The position numbers were made by a program, and so were the translations under genes. The notes under the pieces were generated by a model. That model saw nothing but the letters and a program-made list of their open reading frames with translations, had not been told where the DNA came from and searched no databases. Positions 47,987 through 62,155 of a stretch of DNA of 64,000 nucleotides are shown in pieces. How positions within the stretch are numbered: the first letter of the stretch is position 1; the number at the start of each line of letters is the position of its first letter. Source of the DNA: an uncultured Acidobacteriota bacterium (lineage in GTDB: Bacteria; Acidobacteriota; Vicinamibacteria; Fen-336); the NCBI GenBank assembly GCA_963720545.1, contig OY970399.1, forward strand, positions 3,584,001 through 3,648,000, given 5' to 3'.

Positions 47987-48943
47987 ATGCCGCGAATGGT
48001 CTGGATGGTTTCTCTCCTGCTCGCGTCGTTGCCGGCGGTGGCAACAGCCCAGCCAAAGGCGCGCCCTGTCGAGTATCGAACTCGCTATCTCACCACGCAG
48101 GTCGACGGGCTCTCGATCTTCTACAGGGAGGCCGGCCCCAGGGGCGCGCCGACGATCCTGCTGTTGCATGGGCTTCCGTCGTCATCGCGCATGTTCGAGC
48201 CGCTCTTCGCACGTCTCGCCGACAGCTATCACCTGGTCGCGCCCGACTATCCCGGCTTCGGGCACAGCGACTGGCCGGACTCGAAGCAGTTCAGGTACAC
48301 ATTCGATCGCTACGCCGAGGTGATGTCGCACTTTGCCGAAAGTCTCAAGCTCACCCGCTACACGTTGTACATGCAGGACTACGGGGGCCCGGTGGGGTTC
48401 CGCATGGCGCTCGCTCATCCGGAGCGGGTCGAGGCGCTCATCGTGCAGGACGCGGTGGCTCACAACGAAGGCCTGGGTGTCAACTGGAAGGTCAGGCGCG
48501 CCTTCTGGACGGATCGCGCCGCCAATGAAGCGACGTTGCGGGCCAATCTCCTTTCCTTGCAGACCACGCGCACGCGCCACGTCGGAAACGATCCCGACGT
48601 GGAACGCTACGACCCGGACCTGTGGATGGACGAATTCGCTTTCCTCAACCGACCCGGCCAGGCCGACATCCAGAGCGACCTCTTCTACGACTACCGCACC
48701 AACGTCGAGGCGTATCCGCGGTGGCAGGAGTGGCTGCGCAAGACGCAGCCGCGGCTGCTCGTGATCTGGGGCAAGTACGAGCTGTCGTTCGATGCGTCGG
48801 AGCCGGAGGCGTATCGGCGCGACGTGCCGAGCGCCGAAGTGCACATCGTCGATGGCGGCCACTTTGCACTCGACACGGCGGCGGACGACATCGCCGCGCT
48901 TGTCGCCGGCTTCCTCAGGAGTCCGCGGGCTTCATCTCGCTGA
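47987..48943 (+). CDS. Alpha/beta fold hydrolase (epoxide hydrolase/dehalogenase-like), signal peptide
   Basis: LLHGLPS, APDYPGFG, QDYGG, GHFALD. Confidence 0.88.
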   Translation: MPRMVWMVSLLLASLPAVATAQPKARPVEYRTRYLTTQVDGLSIFYREAGPRGAPTILLLHGLPSSSRMFEPLFARLADSYHLVAPDYPGFGHSDWPDSKQFRYTFDRYAEVMSHFAESLKLTRYTLYMQDYGGPVGFRMALAHPERVEALIVQDAVAHNEGLGVNWKVRRAFWTDRAANEATLRANLLSLQTTRTRHVGNDPDVERYDPDLWMDEFAFLNRPGQADIQSDLFYDYRTNVEAYPRWQEWLRKTQPRLLVIWGKYELSFDASEPEAYRRDVPSAEVHIVDGGHFALDTAADDIAALVAGFLRSPRASSR

Positions 48944-50294
48944 GCATCGTCGGGATCAGCTCCGAGACCGTCGGGTGGATGGCCACGGCGCGCTGCAGCA
49001 CGTCGTAAGGCGCGCCGGCGTTCATGATTTCGAGGATCGCATGGATCGCTTCGTCGCCGCCGGTGCCGAGAATCGCGGCGCCGAGGATCTTACGGGTCTC
49101 GGCGTCCACCACAACGTTCATCAGGCCCTGGGTCTCGCCCTTCTCGATGGCGCGGGATACTTTGGTCATGGGACGCCGGCCGACAAGAAGCTTGCGTCCG
49201 GTGGCGCGCGCCTGCGCCTCCGTCTGGCCGACGCGCCCGAGCGGCGGGTCGATGAAGAGCCCGTATGCCGGGATGCGGTCGGCGACGCTGCGCCGTTCGC
49301 CGTCGAGCAGGTTGGCGGCGACGATTTCATAGTCGTTCCAGGAGGTGTGGGTGAAGGCGCCGCGGCCGTTGCAGTCGCCAAGCGCCCAGATGCCGGGCAC
49401 GTTCGTGGCCAGCGAATCGTCCACGGTGATGTAGCCGCGCGTGTCGGTTGCGACGCCGGCCTTGTCGAGGCCGAGGTCGTCGGTGTTCGGCTGGCGGCCG
49501 AGCGCCAGCAGCACATGCGAACCGACGATGAGCGGCGCACCCTCTTGGCAATCGACGCCTATCGATATGTCCTGCTCGCGGCGCGCCAGGCGGATGCATT
49601 CGGCGCCGGTGCGCACGGTGATGCCCTCGGCGGTGAAGATCTCGCGAATCGCCTCGGATATCTCAGGGTCCTCGCGCGAGATCAGGTGGGGAAGCTTCTC
49701 GACGATCGTCACGCGCGCGCCGAAGCGGCGGTACATCTGTGCGAACTCGAGCCCGATGTAGCTGCCGCCGACCACCAGCAGGTGCTCGGGCACGCGGTCG
49801 AGCTCGAGGATGCTGCGATTGTTGAGGAACGGCACGTCGTTGACGCCCGGCAGCGGCGGCACCGAAGCGCGTCCGCCGACATTGATGAAGATGCGCGGCG
49901 CCTGCAGCACCTCGTCGCCCACCCGCACGCGGTCCGCAGCCTCGAAGCGCGCGTGGCCCTCGATGAACGTGCAGCCCTGCATGCCGCGCAGCCACTTCTC
50001 GAGGCCGCCACGCGACGCCGCGACCACGGCATCGGCGCGGGCTTTCGCCTTTGCCATGTCCACGCGCACGTCGCCGCCGATGACGACGCCGTACTCCGCG
50101 GCGCGCCGCGCGGCGTGCGCGATGTACGCGCTCGCAACCAGCGTCTTGGTGGGCGTGCACCCGGTGTTGACGCAGGTGCCGCCGAGCAGCTTTCTCTCGA
50201 CCAATGCGACGGTCATGCCGGCCTTGGTCAGCCGGCCCGTCAAGGGCGGCGCCGCCTGGCCGCCGCCGATCACGATCGCGTCGAATTGCTTCAT
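48915..50294 (-). CDS. FAD-dependent pyridine nucleotide-disulfide oxidoreductase (RclA/MerA-like, no MerA C-terminal CC pair)
   Basis: GGGQA, GGTCVNTGCTPTK, GGSYIGLE, IHPTVSE. Confidence 0.88.
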   Translation of the reverse strand: MKQFDAIVIGGGQAAPPLTGRLTKAGMTVALVERKLLGGTCVNTGCTPTKTLVASAYIAHAARRAAEYGVVIGGDVRVDMAKAKARADAVVAASRGGLEKWLRGMQGCTFIEGHARFEAADRVRVGDEVLQAPRIFINVGGRASVPPLPGVNDVPFLNNRSILELDRVPEHLLVVGGSYIGLEFAQMYRRFGARVTIVEKLPHLISREDPEISEAIREIFTAEGITVRTGAECIRLARREQDISIGVDCQEGAPLIVGSHVLLALGRQPNTDDLGLDKAGVATDTRGYITVDDSLATNVPGIWALGDCNGRGAFTHTSWNDYEIVAANLLDGERRSVADRIPAYGLFIDPPLGRVGQTEAQARATGRKLLVGRRPMTKVSRAIEKGETQGLMNVVVDAETRKILGAAILGTGGDEAIHAILEIMNAGAPYDVLQRAVAIHPTVSELIPTMLSEMKPADS

Positions 50295-50304
50295 GCCTCC
50301 GAGT

Positions 50305-51720
50305 CTAAAGCTTCAGGAGGAACGCGAACGTCAGGCGATTTTCCGTCTTGACGAGGTCCGGCGTGAAGCCCGGAACGACCGAGCCCGGCGACCCCTGATT
50401 GCCGCCGGCCGGTGTGACGCCGCCCTTGCCCGTGAAGTACGGCACGTTGGCGTAGCGGTGGTTGTACTCGAGGCGGAAGGTCACGAACGGGCTCGGCATG
50501 TAGTCGCCGGTGAGTTGCATGTCCCAGGCCTTGTAGGGATCGCCGGGGTTGTAGGTGAAGTAGGGCGTCCCCGAAAACGCGGTGGCGCCGTTGATCGGCG
50601 GCATGAGCACGAGGTAGCGGCCGGGATTCTTGATGGCGCCGCCGCCCACGGTGAAGCCAAGGCGGCCGTGATCGAGCCAGAGCCGCTGATAGACCATGAA
50701 CCCGAGGAAGTACTGCGAAGGGCTCTCGGCGCTGCCGCCGTTGCAGCTCACGCCGCCGCCGTACTCGCAGCCGGCGTCCAACGTGAGCGAAGCGGCTGCC
50801 TTCACTCCGCCCTTGTCGTAGTACTTGAGCATCACGCTGTTGTCGCTATGGATGCGCTTGCGGCCCGGATTGCCAAGGGTATCCGCGCCGTAGTACTGGT
50901 TCCCCAGGATCGAGAAGCTGCCGGTCGGCCGCCACAAGATCTGCACGCCGAGGCCGGGGGTCTTGTTGAACTTGCCGTACGACTGCCAGCCGTTGATGAA
51001 CCAGGGCTCGATCTTCAGCTTGTCGCTCGGGAAGATCTGCACGCGCACGCCGTTGAAGAACCACGGCGTATTCGACGACACGTAGGACGGCTGGTACGTC
51101 CAGTTGTCGAAGTTGTAGTAGCTCCACAGACCGACGTACGACATGAAGATGCCGGCCTGGATGTTGATGCCGTTCCACTTGTTGATGTGATAGCCGCCGT
51201 ACGCCTCGGAGACATAGCGATACGCATTGTCGAGTTGCCACTGGCCGCGCCCGGGGCTCGCGTCGTTGCGCGGTGTCGTGGACGAGTACATCCCGAACTG
51301 CGTCATCAGCCGCCCTTGCACGTTCTTGTAGTTGAAGTCGCCGCCGATGCCGAGCTGGGTGAGCTGGAACTCGTTGTGGCGGAACACCTCGCTCGATCCC
51401 CCGATCGTGTTGTCCTGGGGCCTGTTGAAGCTGTAGTGATAGGCGGTATCGACGCGGAACTCGCCGGTGAACGCCTTGGTGGCCAGAGGACGCTCGGCGG
51501 CACCGTAGTTGCCGGGTAGCCACGAGAAATCGGCGAATGCGAACGGCTCTGCGGGCTTCGCCTCCTCGGAAGCTGCGGCGGCCGGGTCGGGCGATTGGGA
51601 TGGCTGGGGATCCGGCGTCGCCTCGGAACTCGGCGTCGCCTTGGGCTCGTCGGCAGCGCCGATACCCGAACAAAGAAGGACGAACAGGCTGGCGCGGAAT
51701 AGCGTTGAGCAGGACTTCAC
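50305..51720 (-). CDS. Outer-membrane beta-barrel porin (BBP2-like)
   Basis: Signal peptide, aromatic/Gly/Asn-rich amphipathic strands, SEAYGGY, AGIFMSY; GGAGG RBS, GTG start. Confidence 0.75.
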   Translation of the reverse strand: MKSCSTLFRASLFVLLCSGIGAADEPKATPSSEATPDPQPSQSPDPAAAASEEAKPAEPFAFADFSWLPGNYGAAERPLATKAFTGEFRVDTAYHYSFNRPQDNTIGGSSEVFRHNEFQLTQLGIGGDFNYKNVQGRLMTQFGMYSSTTPRNDASPGRGQWQLDNAYRYVSEAYGGYHINKWNGINIQAGIFMSYVGLWSYYNFDNWTYQPSYVSSNTPWFFNGVRVQIFPSDKLKIEPWFINGWQSYGKFNKTPGLGVQILWRPTGSFSILGNQYYGADTLGNPGRKRIHSDNSVMLKYYDKGGVKAAASLTLDAGCEYGGGVSCNGGSAESPSQYFLGFMVYQRLWLDHGRLGFTVGGGAIKNPGRYLVLMPPINGATAFSGTPYFTYNPGDPYKAWDMQLTGDYMPSPFVTFRLEYNHRYANVPYFTGKGGVTPAGGNQGSPGSVVPGFTPDLVKTENRLTFAFLLKL

Positions 51721-51741
51721 GATTGTGCCTCCTGCCCAGGG

Positions 51742-51774
51742 AGACTAGGGAAACAGGCGTAAAAGCTGCGTAAA
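51742..51774 (-). promoter_or_regulatory. OmpR-family-type direct repeat plus -10 upstream of the porin
   Basis: TTTACGC-N4-TTTACGC (11-bp period) and TAGTCT on the minus strand. Confidence 0.5.
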
Positions 51775-51788
51775 GATGAGGCCGCGCG

Positions 51789-52693
51789 CTACCTTTGCTC
51801 CCACCAGCGCAGGACGCGCAGCGCCCGCAGGGTGTTCCAGCGGCTGGGCTTGTCGTCGCCTTCTTCCATCTGGAAGTGGACCTCGCCAGGGTGAGTGTTC
51901 TGCAGCAGCCAGCGGCCATCGGCGCAGCGCCGCATGTTCACAAGGGCGATGGCCTCTGTACACCGCTCATCCGGTACCAGGTCCGCGCGCCGCAGGTAGT
52001 CGAGCGCGCGAAGGACGTCGTAGTGCCAGCCGGTGGGAAAGGAGAAGAGAAGGAAAGCTGGCTTCACGACCTCGCCGGTAGAGAGGCGGCGCAGAAGCTG
52101 GCGCTCCAGCAGATACTCCTGGCCGCGCAGGCGCGCCGCCTTCACCGCGTCCGAGCCGCCCGTCGCGCGCTCGTGCTCCAGCAGTCCTTCGAGCACGGCG
52201 ATGGTCGTGTGAAACGACGAGCGCGTCGAGCCTCGTTCCGCTTCGCAGTTCCACCCGCCGTCCTGGAGCTGCTCGCCGACGAGCCTGTCGACGATCGCCT
52301 GCACGTCCTCACCGAAATAGGCGCCGATCGCCACGGCCTTGCCGTTGATGCACGGCTCCACTTCGCCTTCAAAGAAGAGCTGATTGCCCTCCTCCCAGCG
52401 GCTGTTCGCGCGAACTGGAGCCACCGCGCGGCGCGCTTGCTCGCTTGCCGGATCGAGTCCCATTTCGCGCAACAGCACGAGCGTGTAGGTCGTCCCGGTC
52501 CAGAGGGGGAAGAGCGTGCCGCCAGCCCACTGACCGTCGGCGCCTTGAAGTGCCAGCAGCCGCGCGCCCCAGCCTTCCGTGGCCACCCGCGCGCGCTCCG
52601 CGGCAACGACATCCGCGGGCTCATCGAGAAGATCGCGCATCACCTGCCAGCGGATTGCGGGATCCGAGTCGAGCAGCCAGTCGACGACGTTCA

Positions 52694-52694
<1 letters not shown>
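51789..52694 (-). CDS. Hypothetical protein with prenyltransferase/squalene-cyclase-like repeats
   Basis: WLLDSDPAIRWQV, QGADGQW, QLQDGGWNC, SRWNTLRALRVL. Confidence 0.75.
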
Positions 52695-54723
<2,029 letters not shown>

Positions 54724-54730
54724 ACGACAA

Positions 54731-54761
54731 GCGCGGGCGGCCCTTCGAGGGACGCCCGCGC
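54731..54761. terminator. Hairpin between convergent genes (probable terminator)
   Basis: GCGCGGGCG(G)CCCT-TCG-AGGG(A)CGCCCGCGC. Confidence 0.65.
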
Positions 54762-54776
54762 AACAATACGCCGCGG

Positions 54777-57014
<2,238 letters not shown>

Positions 57015-57095
57015 CTAACCTTCTCCTGCTGAGTGGCCGTAAGTTAACAACCTGTCGCCCATCTTATGACGGGGCGCGAGTCGGCGAAGCGTCGG

Positions 57096-57515
57096 CTATT
57101 TCTTCAGCCGGCGGACGTCGAGCAAAAGACCCAGGATTGTCAAAGTGAATGGAGTGACCGCCGCTCCGACGCCTGCCGTAGTGCCGAGGAACGGAACGCG
57201 GGCGAGGACGACAGCCAGCATCGTCGAGCTGCCGGCGAGGAGCGCCCACCACGCCCACACATCGCCGCGCCGATAAGGCACGAGCACGATCGTGAGGAAC
57301 AGGACCCCGTAGGCCGTGGCCATCGCCGCGGCGGTGCCGCGGATACCGCGCAGCGCGGTCGTCACGTCCTCGCGGCCTCCGGCGATCTCGCTGACGCGGA
57401 TACCGCTGCTTCCGTAGTCATCGGCCCGGTTGTAAGCGCGGCTGGCGGAAACGAGGGAGATCAGCGTGATTGCGATGCCCAGGAGAGTGAGCAGGATCCA
57501 GCTTGCCTTTTTCAT
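57096..57515 (-). CDS. Hypothetical membrane protein (about 4 TM helices)
   Basis: Hydrophobic segments, PYRRGD.WAWW. Confidence 0.65.
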   Translation of the reverse strand: MKKASWILLTLLGIAITLISLVSASRAYNRADDYGSSGIRVSEIAGGREDVTTALRGIRGTAAAMATAYGVLFLTIVLVPYRRGDVWAWWALLAGSSTMLAVVLARVPFLGTTAGVGAAVTPFTLTILGLLLDVRRLKK

Positions 57516-57543
57516 GGTGGCGACCATACCATCGGCGCGACCG

Positions 57544-58125
57544 ATGGACTCGCGCAACGCTCATCCTCAGCCAGGCACCCTGCTGGTCATCGACATGCAG
57601 CGCGGTTTCGACGCGCCGCGTTGGGGCCGACGCAACAACCCCAACATGGAAGCTCGAGCCGCCGAGCTGCTGCGTGCGTGGCGCACGGCCGGGCGCGCCG
57701 TGGTGCACGTGCGCCACATGTCCACCGAGCCGGACTCACCCCTCCGGCCCGGCCAGCCCGGAAACGAGTTCATGCCCGCCATGGTTCCGCTCGCAGGAGA
57801 ACCGGTGATCGAGAAGCAGGTCAACAGCGCCTTCATCGGCACGCCGCTTCTCGACGACCTGCGGGCTGCGGGTTGCGAGGCGTTGACGATCGTCGGGCTC
57901 ACCACCAACCACTGCATCTCGACCACCGCGCGCATGGCGGGCAACCTGGGTTTCGCGACGTCGGTCGTGTCGGACGCGACCGCAACGTTCGATCGTGTCG
58001 GCCCCGATGGCGTCGCGCATCGCGCCGAGGACATCCACGCGATCGCTCTCAGCGACCTCCACGGCGAGTTCGCGACCGTTCTCGACACGGCGGCGGTCCT
58101 CGCCGCATTGGGGAAGCGTTCCTGA
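57544..58125 (+). CDS. Isochorismatase-family cysteine hydrolase
   Basis: LLVIDMQ, K..NSAF.GT, TNHCISTTAR. Confidence 0.9.
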   Translation: MDSRNAHPQPGTLLVIDMQRGFDAPRWGRRNNPNMEARAAELLRAWRTAGRAVVHVRHMSTEPDSPLRPGQPGNEFMPAMVPLAGEPVIEKQVNSAFIGTPLLDDLRAAGCEALTIVGLTTNHCISTTARMAGNLGFATSVVSDATATFDRVGPDGVAHRAEDIHAIALSDLHGEFATVLDTAAVLAALGKRS

Positions 58126-58135
58126 GGGAAAAGCG

Positions 58136-59128
58136 TTGGCCCGGAAAGCTGCGCTACCACTAGCCGGACGGGTCGCTCTCGTCGCGGGGGCCACACGCGG
58201 CGCCGGCCGCGGCGTCGCGCGCGCGCTCGGCGAGGCAGGCGCGATCGTTTACTGCACCGGCCGCAGCGTGAAAGGCCGGCCCTCGGCCTACAAGCGGCCC
58301 GAAACGATCGATGAGACCGCCGCGATGATCAACGACTCGGGCGGCAAGGCGATCGCCGTTCGAGTGGACCACAGCATCGAATCCGAAGTGAAGGCGCTCT
58401 TCAGCCGGATCGTCCGCGCGCACAAGCGGCTCGACATCCTGGTGGACAGCGTGGCCGGCGAGTTGCCGTTGATGAAGCAGTGGGGGTCGATGTGGACGAG
58501 CGACCTGACCCACGCCGACGAGATCCTTCGCCAGGCGCTGACCACCCGCATCGTCACGGCCAAGCACGCGGCGCTCGCGATGATGCGCGCCAGGCGCGGC
58601 CTGATCGTCGAGATCACCGAGAACGACCTCCTCGGCGTCGCGGCCAGCCCGTTGGCGCACGTCGTGAAGGTTGCGCAGAAGGCGCTGCCTCTCGAATGGG
58701 CCGCGCAACTCAAGCCGCACGGCATCGCCGTCCTGTCGGTGACGCCGGGGTTCCTCCGCTCGGAGTCGATGCTCCAGCACTTCGGGGTCACCGAGGCGAA
58801 CTGGCGTGACGCGGGTAAGAAGGACCAGAACTTCCTGGTGTCGGAGTCGCCGCTCTACGTCGGGCGCGCCGTCGCAGCGCTCGCCGCCGATCCGAAGGTG
58901 CTCGAGCGGACGGGAATGCTCTGGAGCTCGTGGGAGCTCGCGCGCCAGTACAAGTTCACCGACTACGACGGCCGCCGCCCGGACTGGGGCCGCCACAAGA
59001 TCGACTGGGCAGGGATGCCGAAGGCGTGGCTCGCCTTATTCAAGACGGGTTGCGAACTCGAGATCCGTTGGCACCGCGAACTCCAGGCAAGAGCCAGGAG
59101 CTTCGGCGCCAAGATCCCGAAGGCCTGA
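58136..59128 (+). CDS. SDR family oxidoreductase
   Basis: VAGATRGAGRG, TPGFLRSE, SESP..VGRAV; probable TTG start. Confidence 0.85.
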   Translation: MARKAALPLAGRVALVAGATRGAGRGVARALGEAGAIVYCTGRSVKGRPSAYKRPETIDETAAMINDSGGKAIAVRVDHSIESEVKALFSRIVRAHKRLDILVDSVAGELPLMKQWGSMWTSDLTHADEILRQALTTRIVTAKHAALAMMRARRGLIVEITENDLLGVAASPLAHVVKVAQKALPLEWAAQLKPHGIAVLSVTPGFLRSESMLQHFGVTEANWRDAGKKDQNFLVSESPLYVGRAVAALAADPKVLERTGMLWSSWELARQYKFTDYDGRRPDWGRHKIDWAGMPKAWLALFKTGCELEIRWHRELQARARSFGAKIPKA

Positions 59129-59154
59129 GGGATCGACTGGCAGTCGAATCGCGG

Positions 59155-60906
59155 TCAGGCGAACATCTGGCGATCCTGCGTCTTGATCGGGTCGTCCCAG
59201 AACGCCTGCCACCACGGCTTGTCGGAAGCTTTTTTCGGCGGCAGCCTGAGCGTGATCACCTTCAAGCCCTTGCCCTTGGCATTTTCCTGCGCGGTGCGGA
59301 AGCGGTAGTGATCGTAGAGGCGTAGCGCCTCGATCATGTAGGTCGTCGCGATGGTCCGGTCCTTCACGAACACCAGGTTCTCGCCGTTCTCCTGGTCGGC
59401 CGGTTCGGAGAAGTTGTAGGAGCCGAAGTAGACCCTCGCATCGGGCGTGCCGAAGTCGATCACGACGAACTTGTGATGCATTCGCGTTCCGCGTTCGGTG
59501 CCGTGTTCGCCGGCCAGCCCCGAGGGCTCGGTGGCGAATGGTGCCGGTACACCCGCAGTGAGAGCCGACGAACGCACGACCCGGCGCTTCTCATCCGGAC
59601 TGATGACGGTGACGCCGAGATTGCCAGCCTTGACGTTGGCATCGGCGATTCCGAGAGTGAACACCTTCTTGCTCCTGATCTGCTTGCCGAGGGCGGGGCC
59701 GATCGGGCCCTTCGTCATCTGGCCGAGAAACGCCAGCGAGAACAGAACCGAAGACTTTGCCTTGCCGATGTCGGCGCCCACATCCGCGAGCAAACCGGTT
59801 TCCTCGGTGTGGGGCGAATAGCCGACCTGTGCGGTGATCCCGGTCAGGCCGAGCTTGTGCCAACCGGCCGAGGACTTCGCGGCCCGAAAGTCTTTGGCGG
59901 CCGCCGCCGCGAAGTAGCTGTCGAACGCCTCGACATAGTCGTCGACGGCTTTCTTGCTGTTCACGATGGCGGCATTGTTCGACTGCACGTAGAAGCCTCG
60001 CCACGTGTAGTTGGTCGACCCGAACACCACCTTGTGAATGCCCGTCCCACTGACGGCGATCGACTTGTGGTGCTGGAGGTTCGCCATGTGCTGGCGCTTG
60101 ACGTTGCCGGCTCCCGCGCTCGTCCGCAGCCGCTCGGCGGCCTTGCTTTCCGGCGCTGCCAACGGCTTGTGCTCCGCGGAGTCGTCGATGATGATCTTGA
60201 GCCGGGACTTGAGCCGCTCCAGGCGCGTCACGATCTCCGGGAGGTTGAGGTCGTAGGCGATCATCCGGACGCTCGCCTTCTTCTTGATGGCTTCGTCCAG
60301 GAGTTCGAGGATTGCCGAGCGCGCTTCGAAACCCATCCATTCGTAGGCTTCCGCGGCTCGCTTGTGCGTCGGCTCGAACTCGAGTCCGTTCTTCGCGTTC
60401 GCCGGCACCAGGGTGGTGATTGCCCCGTCGGGCTCGAATCTCTTGACGAAGGCTTGCGAGGAGACGAAGCCACGTGTGAATGCGATGTTGATCTGGCCGG
60501 GTTGTGTCTCCCGCAGCAACGCGATTGCAGCGCTCTGCGGCTCGCCGCGGCCCAACGCGCCGCTTTCGTCCATGAACATCGGCGTCACGCGGTAGGTGTA
60601 TTTGCCTTGCAGGCCGGGATCGTTCGGAAAATGCACCCAGCGAAAATACTGGATCGGCGCCACCGTGCTCTGCAGGGTCGGATCCGTGAATTTCTTGCGC
60701 TGCCCAGGAAAGCCGATGCGGTTCCGAACGGCCCAGAACTGGTCGCGTCCGGGCTCTCGGAACTCGATCGCGAAGCCGACGAAGTTGCGCGGCGGCTTGC
60801 CGTCGCGCCAGTTCATCGCCAGCAGGGCCATGCCGTCGCCGCGATGCACCTTGAGTGTGAAGGGCGCCTTTGAATTCGCTCCGGTGACCTGAAACTCCGT
60901 GCTCAT
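59155..60906 (-). CDS. Phospholipase D-superfamily protein (two HxK motifs)
   Basis: HHKSIAV..GSTN and HHKFVVID..GSYN..N.EN; no signal peptide. Confidence 0.85.
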   Translation of the reverse strand: MSTEFQVTGANSKAPFTLKVHRGDGMALLAMNWRDGKPPRNFVGFAIEFREPGRDQFWAVRNRIGFPGQRKKFTDPTLQSTVAPIQYFRWVHFPNDPGLQGKYTYRVTPMFMDESGALGRGEPQSAAIALLRETQPGQINIAFTRGFVSSQAFVKRFEPDGAITTLVPANAKNGLEFEPTHKRAAEAYEWMGFEARSAILELLDEAIKKKASVRMIAYDLNLPEIVTRLERLKSRLKIIIDDSAEHKPLAAPESKAAERLRTSAGAGNVKRQHMANLQHHKSIAVSGTGIHKVVFGSTNYTWRGFYVQSNNAAIVNSKKAVDDYVEAFDSYFAAAAAKDFRAAKSSAGWHKLGLTGITAQVGYSPHTEETGLLADVGADIGKAKSSVLFSLAFLGQMTKGPIGPALGKQIRSKKVFTLGIADANVKAGNLGVTVISPDEKRRVVRSSALTAGVPAPFATEPSGLAGEHGTERGTRMHHKFVVIDFGTPDARVYFGSYNFSEPADQENGENLVFVKDRTIATTYMIEALRLYDHYRFRTAQENAKGKGLKVITLRLPPKKASDKPWWQAFWDDPIKTQDRQMFA

Positions 60907-60973
60907 GGATTCTCCGGGGTAAGTGTCGACAACTGTAGCGTCGAACCGGCTCCGGCGAGGCGACGTTTTTTGG

Positions 60974-62050
60974 CTACTTCGAGCGGGATTGCAGGAAGGA
61001 GAAGAGCGCCCGCTCGTCGCCCTTGAGGCGGGAGCGGATCGGCGCCTGCTCGCCGGGCGCGCCGGGCAGCGTGCCGTCCAGGTACCCTTCGATCACTGCG
61101 GGGTGCACGTACGAGCGCCGGCAGATCGCGGCAGTGTTGCCGAGCCGCGAGGAGACCGACTCGATTGCCTTCTTCACCTGCTGCGCGCCGTGGCGCTCGC
61201 TCGCTGCCGGTTCTGCCTGGCGCAGCAGGCACGCGGCGAGCACGCTGGCAGCCCAGGTGCGGAAATCTTTCGCGCTGAAGTCCTCGGCCGTGGCGTCGCG
61301 CAGGTACGCGTTCACGTCGGCGGAGGTGAGCACGCGGCGGCGGCCGGTCTCGTCGAGGTACTGGAACAGCGTGCGGCCGGGAAGTTCCTGGCATGCCTTC
61401 ACGATCTTGCCGAGCCGCCGGTCTTCCAGCACGACGACGTGGTCGCGCTTGCTCTTGCCGCGAAAACGAAACTCGAGCCGCTTGCCCGAAACGCTGACGT
61501 GCCGGTCGCGCAGGGTGGTGAGCCCATAGGAGCTGTTCTGCCGCGCGTACTCTTCGTTGCCGACGCGAATCAGGGTCGCTTCGAGCAGCCGCACGACTGC
61601 CGCCGCAACCTTCGGCCCATCGAGCGCAGGCCTGCGCAGGTCGCGCGCCGTGCGCGCCCGAAGGTTGGGCAGCCGCTTCGCAAAATCGCGGAGGCGTTCG
61701 TACTTCGCTTCGTCGCGAGCGGCCCGCCACAGCGCGTGATAACGGTATTGCTTGCGCCCCTTCGCGTCGCGACCTACGGCCTGGATGTGCCCGCGCTCAT
61801 CGGCGCTGATCCACACGTCCTTCCACGCTGGCGGGATCGCAAGGCTGCGGATGCGTCCCAATGTCTTCGCGTCGCGCACCGGCGCGTGATGCGCGTTCGT
61901 GTAGCGGAAGCCGCGGCCCGAACGCACGCGTGAGATGCCGGGCGCGCCCAGGATTACGTAGCGCAAGCCGCGCGGCGCCCGGACGAAGGCGGTCGGAGCT
62001 GCGACGATCGAGCGCCGGCGAGCCCGAACGACGCGCAGACTTGGCATCAC
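60974..62050 (-). CDS. DNA topoisomerase IB
   Basis: IPPAW, GRKQYRY, IRVGN, FRGKS, AKDFRTW, LGNT, SYVHP. Confidence 0.92.
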   Translation of the reverse strand: MMPSLRVVRARRRSIVAAPTAFVRAPRGLRYVILGAPGISRVRSGRGFRYTNAHHAPVRDAKTLGRIRSLAIPPAWKDVWISADERGHIQAVGRDAKGRKQYRYHALWRAARDEAKYERLRDFAKRLPNLRARTARDLRRPALDGPKVAAAVVRLLEATLIRVGNEEYARQNSSYGLTTLRDRHVSVSGKRLEFRFRGKSKRDHVVVLEDRRLGKIVKACQELPGRTLFQYLDETGRRRVLTSADVNAYLRDATAEDFSAKDFRTWAASVLAACLLRQAEPAASERHGAQQVKKAIESVSSRLGNTAAICRRSYVHPAVIEGYLDGTLPGAPGEQAPIRSRLKGDERALFSFLQSRSK

Positions 62051-62155
62051 TACGCCCGAACCTGCAAGGCATGTGCCGGTTCGACCGAAGCCTCAGGACG
62101 CCGGTTCTCCGGCGCGTAACGACCCGTTTGGCGGTCCACTTTGTTCTATCTACAC

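Noticed and set aside
48915..48943. 29-bp overlap of convergent genes
   Set aside because: Short tail-to-tail overlaps are common in compact GC-rich genomes
48915..50294. Mercuric reductase merA linked to the MerR gene
   Set aside because: No C-terminal Cys-Cys pair or N-terminal metal-binding domain, no merT/P, and 12 kb from the MerR gene
60974..62050. Tyrosine integrase or prophage marker
   Set aside because: Motifs match topoisomerase IB; no att sites or phage genes nearby
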